Part shown: piece by piece, positions 55,418 through 64,000 of the stretch
Layout: every line of letters starts with the position of its first letter
How positions within the stretch are numbered: position 1 is the first letter of the stretch
Source of the DNA: Parachlamydiales bacterium
GTDB taxonomy: Bacteria; Chlamydiota; Chlamydiia; Chlamydiales; SM23-39
NCBI GenBank assembly: GCA_963800655.1
Contig: CAWDBT010000002.1
Coordinates: forward strand, 641,964-705,963
DNA: 64,000 nucleotides
Direction of reading: 5' to 3'
The notes under the pieces: generated by a model
Database searches by the model: none
What the model was told of the DNA's origin: nothing
The model's input: the letters and a program-made list of their open reading frames with translations, nothing else
Made by a program: the position numbers and the translations under genes

Positions 55418-56254
55418 ATGAAACGACTGACTGCGATCAATCTTTCCGCTCTGATCGCCATGGTTTTAATCGCGGTCGGCACAATCATCTTCCTTAGAGA
55501 TAAAGAAAAGACAAACGGCCTGACCCTGTATGGCAACGTCGATGTGCGGCAAGTCGACATCGGATTCCGCGTCCCGGGACAAGTGCAGGAGCTGCTCTTC
55601 GAAGAGGGCGATTTCGTCTCGAAAGGCACTCCTCTAGCTTCTCTGGATCAAACGCCTTACGACGAGGAAATCCGCAAAGCGGCCAGCATGGTCGCCTCGC
55701 TGCAAGCCAATTTGAAAAACGCTGAAATCCTCCTCAAGAGGAGACAAGAGCTGATCGGCATCGGCGGCGTCTCTCAGGAAGATCTCGACAATGCGCTGGC
55801 TCAAAGAGACAGCTTATCGGCCGATCTGCAAGCGGCTAGAGCCTCGCTGCAAATCGCAAAAGACAACCTCGGCTACACCAAGGCATACGCCCCTGTCGAC
55901 GGGATCATTTTGACGCGAATCCGCGAGCCTGGCACAGTCGTCAACCCATCGAATCCGGTCTACACCCTCTCGGTTTCCTCGCCGATTTGGGTGCGAGCTT
56001 TTGTGAATGAGCCGAATCTCGGACGCATTTATTACGGAATGGATGCGGAAGTCTTCACGGATACCAAAGATGGTCCGTTTTACCGAGGCAAAATCGGATT
56101 CATCTCGCCGGTGGCTGAATTCACTCCGAAAACGGTCGAGACGACGGAACTTCGCACCGACCTCGTTTATCGGCTGCGGATTTACATCGACCATCCCGAT
56201 CAAGGCCTCAAACAAGGCATGCCCGTCACTGTCAAGCTCAAAGGGCGAAAGTGA
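55418..56254 (+). CDS. HlyD-family membrane fusion protein (YbhG-like)
   Basis: N-terminal anchor (MKRLTAINLSALIAMVLIAV), lipoyl, coiled-coil and beta-barrel regions. It is followed by a ybhFSR-like gene order. Confidence 0.85.
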   Translation: MKRLTAINLSALIAMVLIAVGTIIFLRDKEKTNGLTLYGNVDVRQVDIGFRVPGQVQELLFEEGDFVSKGTPLASLDQTPYDEEIRKAASMVASLQANLKNAEILLKRRQELIGIGGVSQEDLDNALAQRDSLSADLQAARASLQIAKDNLGYTKAYAPVDGIILTRIREPGTVVNPSNPVYTLSVSSPIWVRAFVNEPNLGRIYYGMDAEVFTDTKDGPFYRGKIGFISPVAEFTPKTVETTELRTDLVYRLRIYIDHPDQGLKQGMPVTVKLKGRK

Positions 56255-56258
56255 ATGT

Positions 56259-57978
56259 ATGCCGGAAAATCTCGTCGAAATCAAAGGCCTCTTTCAAACA
56301 TTCAAAGGCCATAGCGCATTCGCGCTAGAGGATATCTCCGCTTCGATCCCTCCCGGAAAGATCGTCGGCCTCGCCGGACCGGACGGCGCGGGAAAAACGA
56401 CTTTGATCCGCCTCATCGCAGCTCTTTTGCATCCGAGCCCAAGGATCGATTTCGGTCTTGGGCAAAGATACCGTCCGCGATCCGGAATTCATCCACCTCA
56501 ACGCGGGCTACATGCCCCAGAAATTCGGACTTTACGAAGATCTCTCGGTCATCCAGAACCTGCGCCTTTACGCAGACTTAAGAGGCGTCGTCGGAAAAGA
56601 GCGAACCGATGCGTTTGAAAGGCTCCTCAAATTCACAGGTCTCTCTCCTTTTCAGGATCGCCTCGCGGGAAATCTCTCCGGCGGGATGAAGCAAAAGCTG
56701 GGGCTCGCCTGCGCGCTCGTGCGCAAACCTTCTCTGTTGCTCCTGGACGAACCGAGCGTCGGCGTCGATCCGATTTCTCGAAGAGAACTGTGGAAAATGG
56801 TTCGAGATCTCATCGACGATGGGATCTCGGTGCTATGGAGCACTTCCTATCTCGACGAAGCGGAGCGCTGCGACAGCGTCTTGCTCCTCAGCGGCGGGAA
56901 GCTCCTTTACAACGGGCCTCCCAAAGAACTCACCAAGACGCTCGACGGCCGCGTCTTTAGACTCCACGATATCGATGGACAGCGCCGCAAACTCCTCATG
57001 GAAGTCCTCGAACAAAAAAACGTCGTCGACGGGACGATCCAAGGATCGGATATCCGCCTCGTGTTCGGCAAGGATGCTCCCGCGACTTTAAACATCTCCT
57101 CGAACATCCCATTGGAACCGATTCCGCCTCGCTTCGAAGATGCATTCGTCGACATGCTCGGAGGCTGTCCGAAAGAAAAATCAAAGCTCGCCGAACGCAC
57201 TCCCGCCATTTCCTCTCCTTCGCCGATCGCGATTACCGCAAATGGGCTGACCAAAAAATTCGGCTCTTTCACAGCCGCGGATCACATCACTTTTTCCGTA
57301 AAAAGAGGGGAGATTTTCGGTCTCCTCGGCCCCAATGGAGCCGGCAAATCGACTACATTCAAAATGCTTTGCGGCCTTTTGAAACCAACCGAAGGGACCT
57401 GCTCGGTCAACGACCTCGACCTGCAAAAGGCGCCCGCTGCCGCCAGATCCAGGTTCGGCTATATGGCCCAGAAATTCTCCCTCTATGGAGATCTCAGCGT
57501 CAAACAAAATCTCGAATTTTTCGCAGGGATCTACAACCTGCAAAACCAAGACCGAAAACTGGCCGTCGAGCAGATGGTCGAAATCTTCAATTTCCAGGGA
57601 TATCTCGGCGATTCATCCGACTCCCTCCCGTTGGGATTCAAGCAGAGGCTCAGCCTCGCCTGCGCCACCATGCACCATCCCGAAGTGCTATTTCTCGACG
57701 AGCCGACCTCCGGGGTAGACCCGATCGCCCGCCGCGAATTCTGGAACCACATCAACGGCCTTATCGCCAAGCATGTCACCATCATGGTGACCACGCACTT
57801 CATGGACGAGGCCGAATACTGCGACCGCATCGGATTGGTCTATCGAGGCAAGATCATCCACCTGGATACGCCGGATGCCTTGAAAGCGACCGCCAAATCG
57901 CAAGACAATCCCGAGCCGACCCTGGAATGCGCATTCATCAAGCTCATCGAGGAGTACGATGCCCAACATCCCGTTTGA
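56259..57978 (+). pseudogene. Tandem-ATPase ABC protein (YbhF-like), split by a 1-nt insertion
   Basis: MPENLVEIKG...GLAGPDGAGKTTLIRLIAALLHPS goes off-frame at about 56438 (CCC run). The expected continuation QGSISVLGKDTVRDPEF... is track ORF 56458..57978, which carries the rest of NBD1 and a complete NBD2. Confidence 0.85.
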
Positions 57979-59107
57979 GCATAAAAACGGCAGCTTTCGC
58001 CGTTTAAAAGCACTCATCCGCAAGGAATCGATCCAGATCATCCGCGATCCGAGCAGCATCCTCATCAGCGCCGTACTGCCTCTGATCCTGTTGTTTTTGT
58101 ATGGATTCGGAGTGTCCTTGGATCTAAACCACCTGCGCCTCGGCCTCGTCCTCGAAGATACCACACCCGTTGCCCGCACGTTTGCCGAGTGCCTGACCAA
58201 TTCGAGGTATTTCGACATGAAGATCGCGCGCGATCGCCGCGAGATGCTGAAGGATATGGAAAACGGAAGCATCCGGGGATTCGTCGTCATCCCCTCGTAT
58301 TTTTCGGCGTTTTTCAATCGGAAAGACGCAATCGCGCCCATCCAGGTGATCGCCGACGGCGGAGAGACGAATACCGCCAATTTCGTGCGCAACTATGTCC
58401 AGGGCGTCTATCAAAAATGGCTGGCTCAAGAGGCGATTTCCAATGACCTCCAGGGGCTGCCTCGCGTCGTAGCGCAGCAAAGGTTCTGGTACAACGAACA
58501 GCTCGAGAGCCGTTTTTTTCTGCTCCCCGGCTCTTTGGCCATCATCATGACTTTGATCGGAACGCTCCTAACCGCCCTCGTCGTCTCCCGCGAGTGGGAA
58601 AGAGGGACCATGGAAGCATTGATGTCGACCCCTGCGAGCATCTGGGAAATCGTCCTCGGGAAATTCATCTCCTATTTCGTCCTCGGCATGGGCTCGATGG
58701 CGATCTGCGTCGTGATCTCCGTTTTGTGCTATGGGGTTCCTTTGCGCGGCTCAATCTGGGTTCTCGCCTTTGTCTCCGCCGTATTCTTAATCGGAGCCCT
58801 CGCAACGGGCCTGCTCATCTCGACGCTCTCCAGAAATCAGCTGGCCGCCTCGCAAGCAGCTATCCAGGCGGGGTTTCTTCCAGCTTACATGCTCTCGGGA
58901 TTCATCTTTGAGATCTCCAGCATGCCCGAGCCGATCCAATGGCTCACTTACATCATTCCTGCGAGGTATTTCGTCCAATGCCTCCAAACGATCTTTTTGA
59001 CCGGCAATGTCTGGAGCCTGATCCTGTTCAATCAGATCCCCATGATCGCCATCGGCGCCCTTCTCCTCGGGATCACCGCGCGAAAAACCGTCAAGAGGCT
59101 CGACTGA
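57959..59107 (+). CDS. ABC-2 permease (YbhS-like)
   Basis: N-terminal TM, a large external loop and five C-terminal TMs. Confidence 0.85.
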   Translation: MPNIPFEHKNGSFRRLKALIRKESIQIIRDPSSILISAVLPLILLFLYGFGVSLDLNHLRLGLVLEDTTPVARTFAECLTNSRYFDMKIARDRREMLKDMENGSIRGFVVIPSYFSAFFNRKDAIAPIQVIADGGETNTANFVRNYVQGVYQKWLAQEAISNDLQGLPRVVAQQRFWYNEQLESRFFLLPGSLAIIMTLIGTLLTALVVSREWERGTMEALMSTPASIWEIVLGKFISYFVLGMGSMAICVVISVLCYGVPLRGSIWVLAFVSAVFLIGALATGLLISTLSRNQLAASQAAIQAGFLPAYMLSGFIFEISSMPEPIQWLTYIIPARYFVQCLQTIFLTGNVWSLILFNQIPMIAIGALLLGITARKTVKRLD

Positions 59108-59108
59108 C

Positions 59109-60218
59109 ATGCTCCAGAGAATTTGGTCTCTTGTCATCAAAGAGCTGCTCATCGTCTGGAAAAATCCCAAGACGCGCATCATGCTCGTTCTGCCTCCGAT
59201 CGTCCAGCTCCTCATCTTTACTTTTGCAGCGACATTGGACGTCAAAAACGTCTCGATCGGCGTTCTCAATCGCGACAATGGAAAAGAAGCTTTCGAACTC
59301 GTCGAGCGATTCAAAGGATCTCCCACTTTCACCCGGATCTCCCATCTATCCGCCGTCGAGGAAATCGCCCCGTTCATCGACAATCAGCGAGGAATCATGG
59401 TCGTCTCGATCGACGAAACATTTTCGCGCAAGCTCAACCAAAACCAAACAGCGGAAGTCCAGATCATCTGCGACGGGCGCAAATCGAACGCAGCTCAAAT
59501 CGTCTTCGGATACGCAAATGACATCCTGGCTCGCTTCAATGCCGATTTTTGCAAGACAGCTTCCATTCCGCAAGAAAACGCCCAGCTCTTCATCCGAAAT
59601 TGGTACAATCCCAATCTCCTTTATTTCTGGTACAACGTCCCCTGCCTCGTGGCCACCTTGGCGATGATCACCTGCTTGATCGTCACCTCCTCGTCCGTCT
59701 CGAAAGAGAGGGAATTCGGCACGTTCGATCAACTCTTGGTCTCCCCTCTTCTCCCCGTGGAAATCCTAGCGGGAAAAATCATCCCCGGCCTCATTATCGG
59801 TTTGATCGAGGGATCCATCATCCTCCTGGTCGGAATTGCGATCTTCCAGGTTCCTTTCACCGGTTCGTGGCTGCTTTTTTACTTCAGCCTGTTCGTCTTC
59901 GTCCTTTCCATCAGCGGAGTCGGCCTTTTCATCTCCTCTTTTTGCGCCACCCAGCAGCAGGCCATCCTTGGGACATTCGTCTTCATCACCCCATCCGTCC
60001 TCCTCGCCGGATTCGCCACTCCGATTGAAAATATGCCCGAATGGCTTCAGCCGACCACCTATCTGATTCCTCTCCGCTACATGCTGGTGATTTCCAAAGG
60101 ATTATTCTTGAAAGCAATGCCGCCCTCGATCGTCTTGAAACAAATCTGGCCGATGGCCGTCATCGCCCTATTCAACTTGATCGGAGCATCCCTATTTTTC
60201 CGCAGGAGGCTTGGATGA
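59109..60218 (+). CDS. ABC-2 permease (YbhR-like)
   Basis: Paralogous to the preceding permease, with the same topology. Confidence 0.85.
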   Translation: MLQRIWSLVIKELLIVWKNPKTRIMLVLPPIVQLLIFTFAATLDVKNVSIGVLNRDNGKEAFELVERFKGSPTFTRISHLSAVEEIAPFIDNQRGIMVVSIDETFSRKLNQNQTAEVQIICDGRKSNAAQIVFGYANDILARFNADFCKTASIPQENAQLFIRNWYNPNLLYFWYNVPCLVATLAMITCLIVTSSSVSKEREFGTFDQLLVSPLLPVEILAGKIIPGLIIGLIEGSIILLVGIAIFQVPFTGSWLLFYFSLFVFVLSISGVGLFISSFCATQQQAILGTFVFITPSVLLAGFATPIENMPEWLQPTTYLIPLRYMLVISKGLFLKAMPPSIVLKQIWPMAVIALFNLIGASLFFRRRLG

Positions 60219-61666
60219 TGAAACGATGCATTTTTCTCTGCTGCGCCCTCATCGGAGGATGCATGGTGGGCCCCAATTACGAGGCTCCCGACGTCGCTAT
60301 CGCCGATGACTGGCAAAACCCCGATGCCCCTTCTTCGATTTCCGAAGAGCCTCCTGCATCTAAATGGTGGGAGCTCTTCGAAGATCCCCTCCTTTGCAAA
60401 TACATCGATCGAGCGGCTCAAGCCAACGAGCAGATCCTCGCCGCTGAAGCGCGCATCTGCGAAGCCAGAGCCATGCGCCAAGTCGCCGCATCCGCGCTTT
60501 TTCCCCAAGTCAGCGCCGATCTCAACGCTATGAAGACCTATTTTAGTAAAAACGGCCCTGTCTATTCTGCAACTCCCGGACAGATGTCCTCTTCGACAAA
60601 CATCCTCCCATTCAACGTGCAGGCTCCGCAGATTCAAAATCTCTTCAATGCTCTCTTCGACGCTTCTTGGGAAATCGACCTGTTTGGAAAAACCCGACGC
60701 GCTGTCGAGGGAGCCTCTGCCGTCGCGGATCGCGCGATCGATGAAAAGAATGACATCCTGCTAAGCGTATTTGCGGAATTGGCCCGCAATTACCTCGAAC
60801 TGTGCAGCGCCCGCAAACAAACCTCTCTCGTCGAAACGAATCTGGCCCTATTGGAAAAAACGGCATTTCTCATCAAAGAGCGCCTCAAATACGGCTATTC
60901 CAATCAGCTCGACCTCGACCGCGTCGAAGCGGAACTCTCCTCTCTCAAGAGCCAGCTGCCCGAACTCTACGCCATCGCATATCGCAATACCTATGCGATC
61001 GCCGTGCTGACCGGATCGATGCCGGAAACCCTCGTCGATGAACTCGCCTCCGTCAAAGAACTTCCGCGCCTTCCCAGTTCAATCGCGATCGGCCTTAAAT
61101 CCGATCTCCTCCGCCGCCGCCCCGATGTTCGCGCCGCCGAACGAACGCTCGCCGCTGCAACCGCTTACATCGGCGTCGCCGTCGCTTCCTTTTATCCATC
61201 TTTCGTCATGAGCGGAGGCGCGGGATTCCAATCCTTGCAACTCAAAGACCTCTTCCAATCCTCCAGTAAAACTTGGGCCTATGGGGGTAACTTTAACATC
61301 CCCGTATTCGAAGGGGGAAAGCTCGTCGGCTATCTCGAAGCCGCTAGAGCCTCTGCCTGCGCAGCAGCCCATACCTACCAACAAACCATTCTCTCGGCGC
61401 TGCAAGATGCCGAAACTGCTCTGGCGCTATTTACCGAAGCGCGCGCGTCTTCGTCCAATCTCAGCGAAAGCGCATCTCAATACCGCCACTTGGCCTGGCT
61501 ATCTCAAATCCGGCATCAAAAAGGACTCGTCGGCCTTCTCGACGTTCTCGACAGCGACCGCCAATTCGTCCGCTCTCAAATCGACCTCCTCGCTTCCGAT
61601 ACCAAAGCATTCATCGACCTCATCGCACTGTACAAATCTCTCGGGGGAGGATGGGAAGTTTTTTAG
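60215..61666 (+). CDS. NodT-family outer-membrane efflux lipoprotein
   Basis: Lipobox MMKRCIFLCCALIGGC followed by MVGPNYEAPD. It has OMF repeats throughout. The start is re-assigned from 60041 (ATGATG overlap with the ybhR-like stop). Confidence 0.88.
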   Translation: MMKRCIFLCCALIGGCMVGPNYEAPDVAIADDWQNPDAPSSISEEPPASKWWELFEDPLLCKYIDRAAQANEQILAAEARICEARAMRQVAASALFPQVSADLNAMKTYFSKNGPVYSATPGQMSSSTNILPFNVQAPQIQNLFNALFDASWEIDLFGKTRRAVEGASAVADRAIDEKNDILLSVFAELARNYLELCSARKQTSLVETNLALLEKTAFLIKERLKYGYSNQLDLDRVEAELSSLKSQLPELYAIAYRNTYAIAVLTGSMPETLVDELASVKELPRLPSSIAIGLKSDLLRRRPDVRAAERTLAAATAYIGVAVASFYPSFVMSGGAGFQSLQLKDLFQSSSKTWAYGGNFNIPVFEGGKLVGYLEAARASACAAAHTYQQTILSALQDAETALALFTEARASSSNLSESASQYRHLAWLSQIRHQKGLVGLLDVLDSDRQFVRSQIDLLASDTKAFIDLIALYKSLGGGWEVF

Positions 61667-61680
61667 AGGGTGTCTACCAG
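61664..61680 (+). repeat. PAL-A repeat, half copy
   Basis: TAGAGGGTGTCTACCAG. The TAG is the stop codon of the OMF gene. Confidence 0.65.
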
Positions 61681-61811
61681 TACCCAACCCGCCAAAACTT
61701 TCAAGGCCGAGCACTAGTTCAAAAAATTATTTAATAACAAACAACCGCAAAAACCATTGAAAACAATCTCATAAAATACACATCATTTTTTTCAAAAAAA
61801 ATTCCAGGCTT

Positions 61812-62015
61812 ATGGACGTCTCAACTCCTTCTTTTTCTCCTGTTTTATTTCACAAATATACGATCGACAAAAGCTACCGCATCAAGACATTTCGAAACGG
61901 GAAAGAAGAATCGATCGGCGATCCCGAGCGGATAGATCAGATGCTCTCCGGCGACTTTTTTCTCTGGATCCATCAGTTTTACGCGAGATCGAAAACATTT
62001 CGGCTTTTTACATAA
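61812..62015 (+). CDS. Doubtful small hypothetical protein (67 aa)
   Basis: ATG ORF in an otherwise empty 400-nt gap. The SD is weak and I recognised no family. Confidence 0.3.
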   Translation: MDVSTPSFSPVLFHKYTIDKSYRIKTFRNGKEESIGDPERIDQMLSGDFFLWIHQFYARSKTFRLFT

Positions 62016-62208
62016 GCTGATCTTTATCGTCCAACTGATTCATTCGCTTCTATTTAGGAGAAAAAATGCCGACGTCAGTTTATGCCATGCAGCCATCGTA
62101 CTTCGCAGCGCCTCGCCGACAGAAGCTTTTCCCCATCCATTCCTGCTCGCCCATGCGGATCGCCCCGGCATCTTCACCGAAATAGACGATGCGCTCGCAG
62201 GTAAAAAC

Positions 62209-62814
62209 GTGACGGAACTCGTCCTCTATCGCCCTATTTCCAGCGATCTTCGCAAAGAGATCTGCGACACCGCAGAAAAAACAGCTCTCTATACGAAAGA
62301 CGCGAAAACAAAAACCCCCTTCTCCTACCTCGACATCTTCCTCTCGCCGCTGCGCAATTCGAAACATCGCGTCTGCGCTCGATCCCCGCATTTTCAACAC
62401 CCCTCTTCCGATCTCATCGAGAAAACGGCCCGCCTCGTCGCCGATGCTATATTGGGCAATGAGATCCTTTCGAAAAAAGGCTCTCCCAAGCCGCTGTTTT
62501 GCAGCCCTTATGTCGCTTCGATCCTCCAATCGAGCCTCTTTTTGCAAGCGCTCAAATCCCTAGATCCTTCCGATGTGGAAGCCTTCAAATTCTCTACAAA
62601 TGGATTTCCCAACCGGATCGCCCTCATCGAGAAAATCGCAGGGGCTTTCAAGGCATCTGCCCCTAAAGGCCCAGTCGAACAACTCCTGCACAAAACCTAC
62701 TGGGATTCGACGCGAATTGGGAAGCTCGTCCGGCGGGATGTGCAATCCATCATGTCTTCTTACCTCGCCAAAAACCTCGACAAACTCTCGGAAAGATCCG
62801 CTGTTGCGACTTGA
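62209..62814 (+). CDS. Hypothetical protein, N-terminus unresolved (possible frameshift)
   Basis: The frame is open upstream to about 61936 without an ATG. A strong AGGAG-N7-ATG at 62066 is in a different frame and stops at about 62185. Confidence 0.5.
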   Translation: MTELVLYRPISSDLRKEICDTAEKTALYTKDAKTKTPFSYLDIFLSPLRNSKHRVCARSPHFQHPSSDLIEKTARLVADAILGNEILSKKGSPKPLFCSPYVASILQSSLFLQALKSLDPSDVEAFKFSTNGFPNRIALIEKIAGAFKASAPKGPVEQLLHKTYWDSTRIGKLVRRDVQSIMSSYLAKNLDKLSERSAVAT

Positions 62815-62831
62815 TTATAATTGTTTCGAAG

Positions 62832-62874
62832 TAAGAGGGTGTCTACAAAGAGCGGCTTTGTAGACGCCCTCTAA
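62832..62874. repeat. PAL-A repeat, full hairpin copy
   Basis: TAAGAGGGTGTCTACAAAGAGCGGCTTTGTAGACGCCCTCTAA. Confidence 0.88.
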
Positions 62875-62958
62875 GGAAAATTTCTTGAAAAATTGCGCTC
62901 TTTCTTCTTAAACTCTCCGCTCAAATTCTCAAGACCACAAGCACCATCAGGAACGCCC

Positions 62959-63249
62959 ATGCAAATTTCCAGCCTCAATCCGCTTCCTTCTATCCTTGCC
63001 TCGATTCAACCCATTGGGATCTCGAAACTTTTAATCGCTGCGATGAGCGCCGCTGCTTTGAATGCCCTCTCCTATTTTCCCAAAGCATCCGCTCAGGTTT
63101 TTGACAGTTCGTGCTTCGATCACTGCATGGATCTCACCAGAAATATGACTACGCCCAATCAGTTCAGGGATTTGAATCCCCTTTTGCAAAAAAATTGCCA
63201 TGATTATTGCGGCGATGCGAAACGCCTGATGGGCGCAACTATTGGCTAG
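62959..63249 (+). CDS. Small secreted protein with a twin CX3C motif
   Basis: AGGA-N7-ATG start. There is a signal-like segment (ISKLLIAAMSAAALNALSYFPKASA), then CFDHC-X23-CHDYC. Confidence 0.5.
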   Translation: MQISSLNPLPSILASIQPIGISKLLIAAMSAAALNALSYFPKASAQVFDSSCFDHCMDLTRNMTTPNQFRDLNPLLQKNCHDYCGDAKRLMGATIG

Positions 63250-63300
63250 GTTCCTGGACTGCGCAAATTTTTTTCGTAGAGGAAAATCGCTTCAAAAGAC

Positions 63301-64000
63301 TCATTCCAATCGCGCCAGTCCTTTGGCGCGGCTTTTTTCAAACATCCATCGAAATAGCGCGATTGATCCTGCGAGAAACACCGCGTTCAGGCCGATGCTG
63401 ATCCAAAAATAAGACATCGGGAACCTCCCCTCGTAGAGGATCGCGCGCATTCCCTCGAAGATATACGTCGTCGGAAGACTCCAAGCGATCCACTGCGCCC
63501 ATCCGGGGAGAACGGCTACGGGGTAGAATACCGCGCTGAATGGAGCGAACAATCCTCCGATCATCCAGGCGAACATTTCGACCGCATGGCCCCAGTAGAC
63601 AATCGCAGCCGATGCGAGGAACCCAATCGACCATCCGAAGATCAGCAGCGATGCGGCAAACGGAATAAACGCCCACCCTATGGCAAATACATCGAGGGCA
63701 TAGAGGACATAAATCGCTCCGGCGCAGAATGCAATCGTGAACATGAGCTTGCAAAGGGAAATCAACAGAACCCCCGCGATCCACTCCGAGAGCTTAAGAG
63801 GAGTCGAAAAGAGGTTGACCATGTTGCGATGCCAAAATTCTTGCAATAGGCTCGTCGATATATCGACGCAGCCGCGCCAGCAGACTTGCCAGAACATGAG
63901 GCCCGTCATGAGGATCATCGGCAAAAGAGGCGAGCGGAAATTTTGGGATTGGATCCAAGCGGAAGTGAGCCCCCAGAGAAAGATGTCCACGAGCGGCCAA
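63301..64000 (-). CDS. ABC-2-type transporter permease, probably 5'-truncated by the window edge
   Basis: Multi-TM ABC-2 pattern. The frame is still open upstream of the GTG at 63990 to the end of the window. Confidence 0.75.
   Translation of the reverse strand, partial: WPLVDIFLWGLTSAWIQSQNFRSPLLPMILMTGLMFWQVCWRGCVDISTSLLQEFWHRNMVNLFSTPLKLSEWIAGVLLISLCKLMFTIAFCAGAIYVLYALDVFAIGWAFIPFAASLLIFGWSIGFLASAAIVYWGHAVEMFAWMIGGLFAPFSAVFYPVAVLPGWAQWIAWSLPTTYIFEGMRAILYEGRFPMSYFWISIGLNAVFLAGSIALFRWMFEKSRAKGLARLE

Noticed and set aside
60041-60214. Upstream part of ORF 60041..61666, overlapping the ybhR-like permease.
   Set aside because: The lipoprotein signal peptide MMKRCIFLCCALIGGC begins at 60215, exactly at the upstream gene's stop.
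1-64000. A scan for CRISPR arrays, rRNA genes, IS transposases and toxin-antitoxin pairs.
   Set aside because: I saw no regularly spaced direct repeats with unique spacers, no rRNA-like conserved stretches, no DDE, serine or tyrosine recombinase motifs, and no small two-gene TA-like modules.

Overview
This 64-kb chromosomal window reads as an environmental (amoeba-symbiont type) member of the Chlamydiota; that assignment is inferred from gene content only. Hallmark genes are an Npt/NTT ADP/ATP translocase plus a divergent NTT paralog, and a YtgC-YtgR permease-repressor fusion inside a ytgABCD metal-uptake operon. There is also an FtsZ-less division/peptidoglycan block (mraZ-rsmH-ftsL-ftsI-murE-amiA), ankyrin and eukaryote-like kinase effector candidates, and a T3SS-type TPR chaperone. 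From memory of Chlamydia trachomatis gene order, two backbone blocks are conserved: gnd-lepA-npt1-CT066-ytgABCD-dxr-rseP, and amiA-murE-pbp3-CT271-mraW...dnaA2. Several accessory insertions interrupt this backbone. (a) An AT-rich stand-alone LanM/DUF4135 kinase-like gene lies between tolC and a DevBCA-type exporter. (b) An ankyrin/membrane-hairpin protein lies between ntt and lepA. (c) An 8.7-kb glycan island sits next to tRNA-Arg(CCT). It holds a tandem gene triplication, a CDP-hexose / C-methyl-6-deoxyhexose pathway and a second paralog pair. (d) A VOC + Ser/Thr-kinase cassette is bracketed by repeats. (e) There are two tripartite ABC efflux systems. Two families of short palindromic intergenic repeats (8 and 5 copies) recur at these junctions and sometimes supply stop codons. 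At least five conserved genes (ytgB, ntt, lepA, a ybhF-like ATPase, one island gene) are broken by 1-nt indels, which may be assembly errors or real decay. I saw no rRNA, CRISPR, transposase or integrase. CDS coordinates follow the ORF track, with some starts re-assigned. Hand-counted small features may be off by 1-2 nt.
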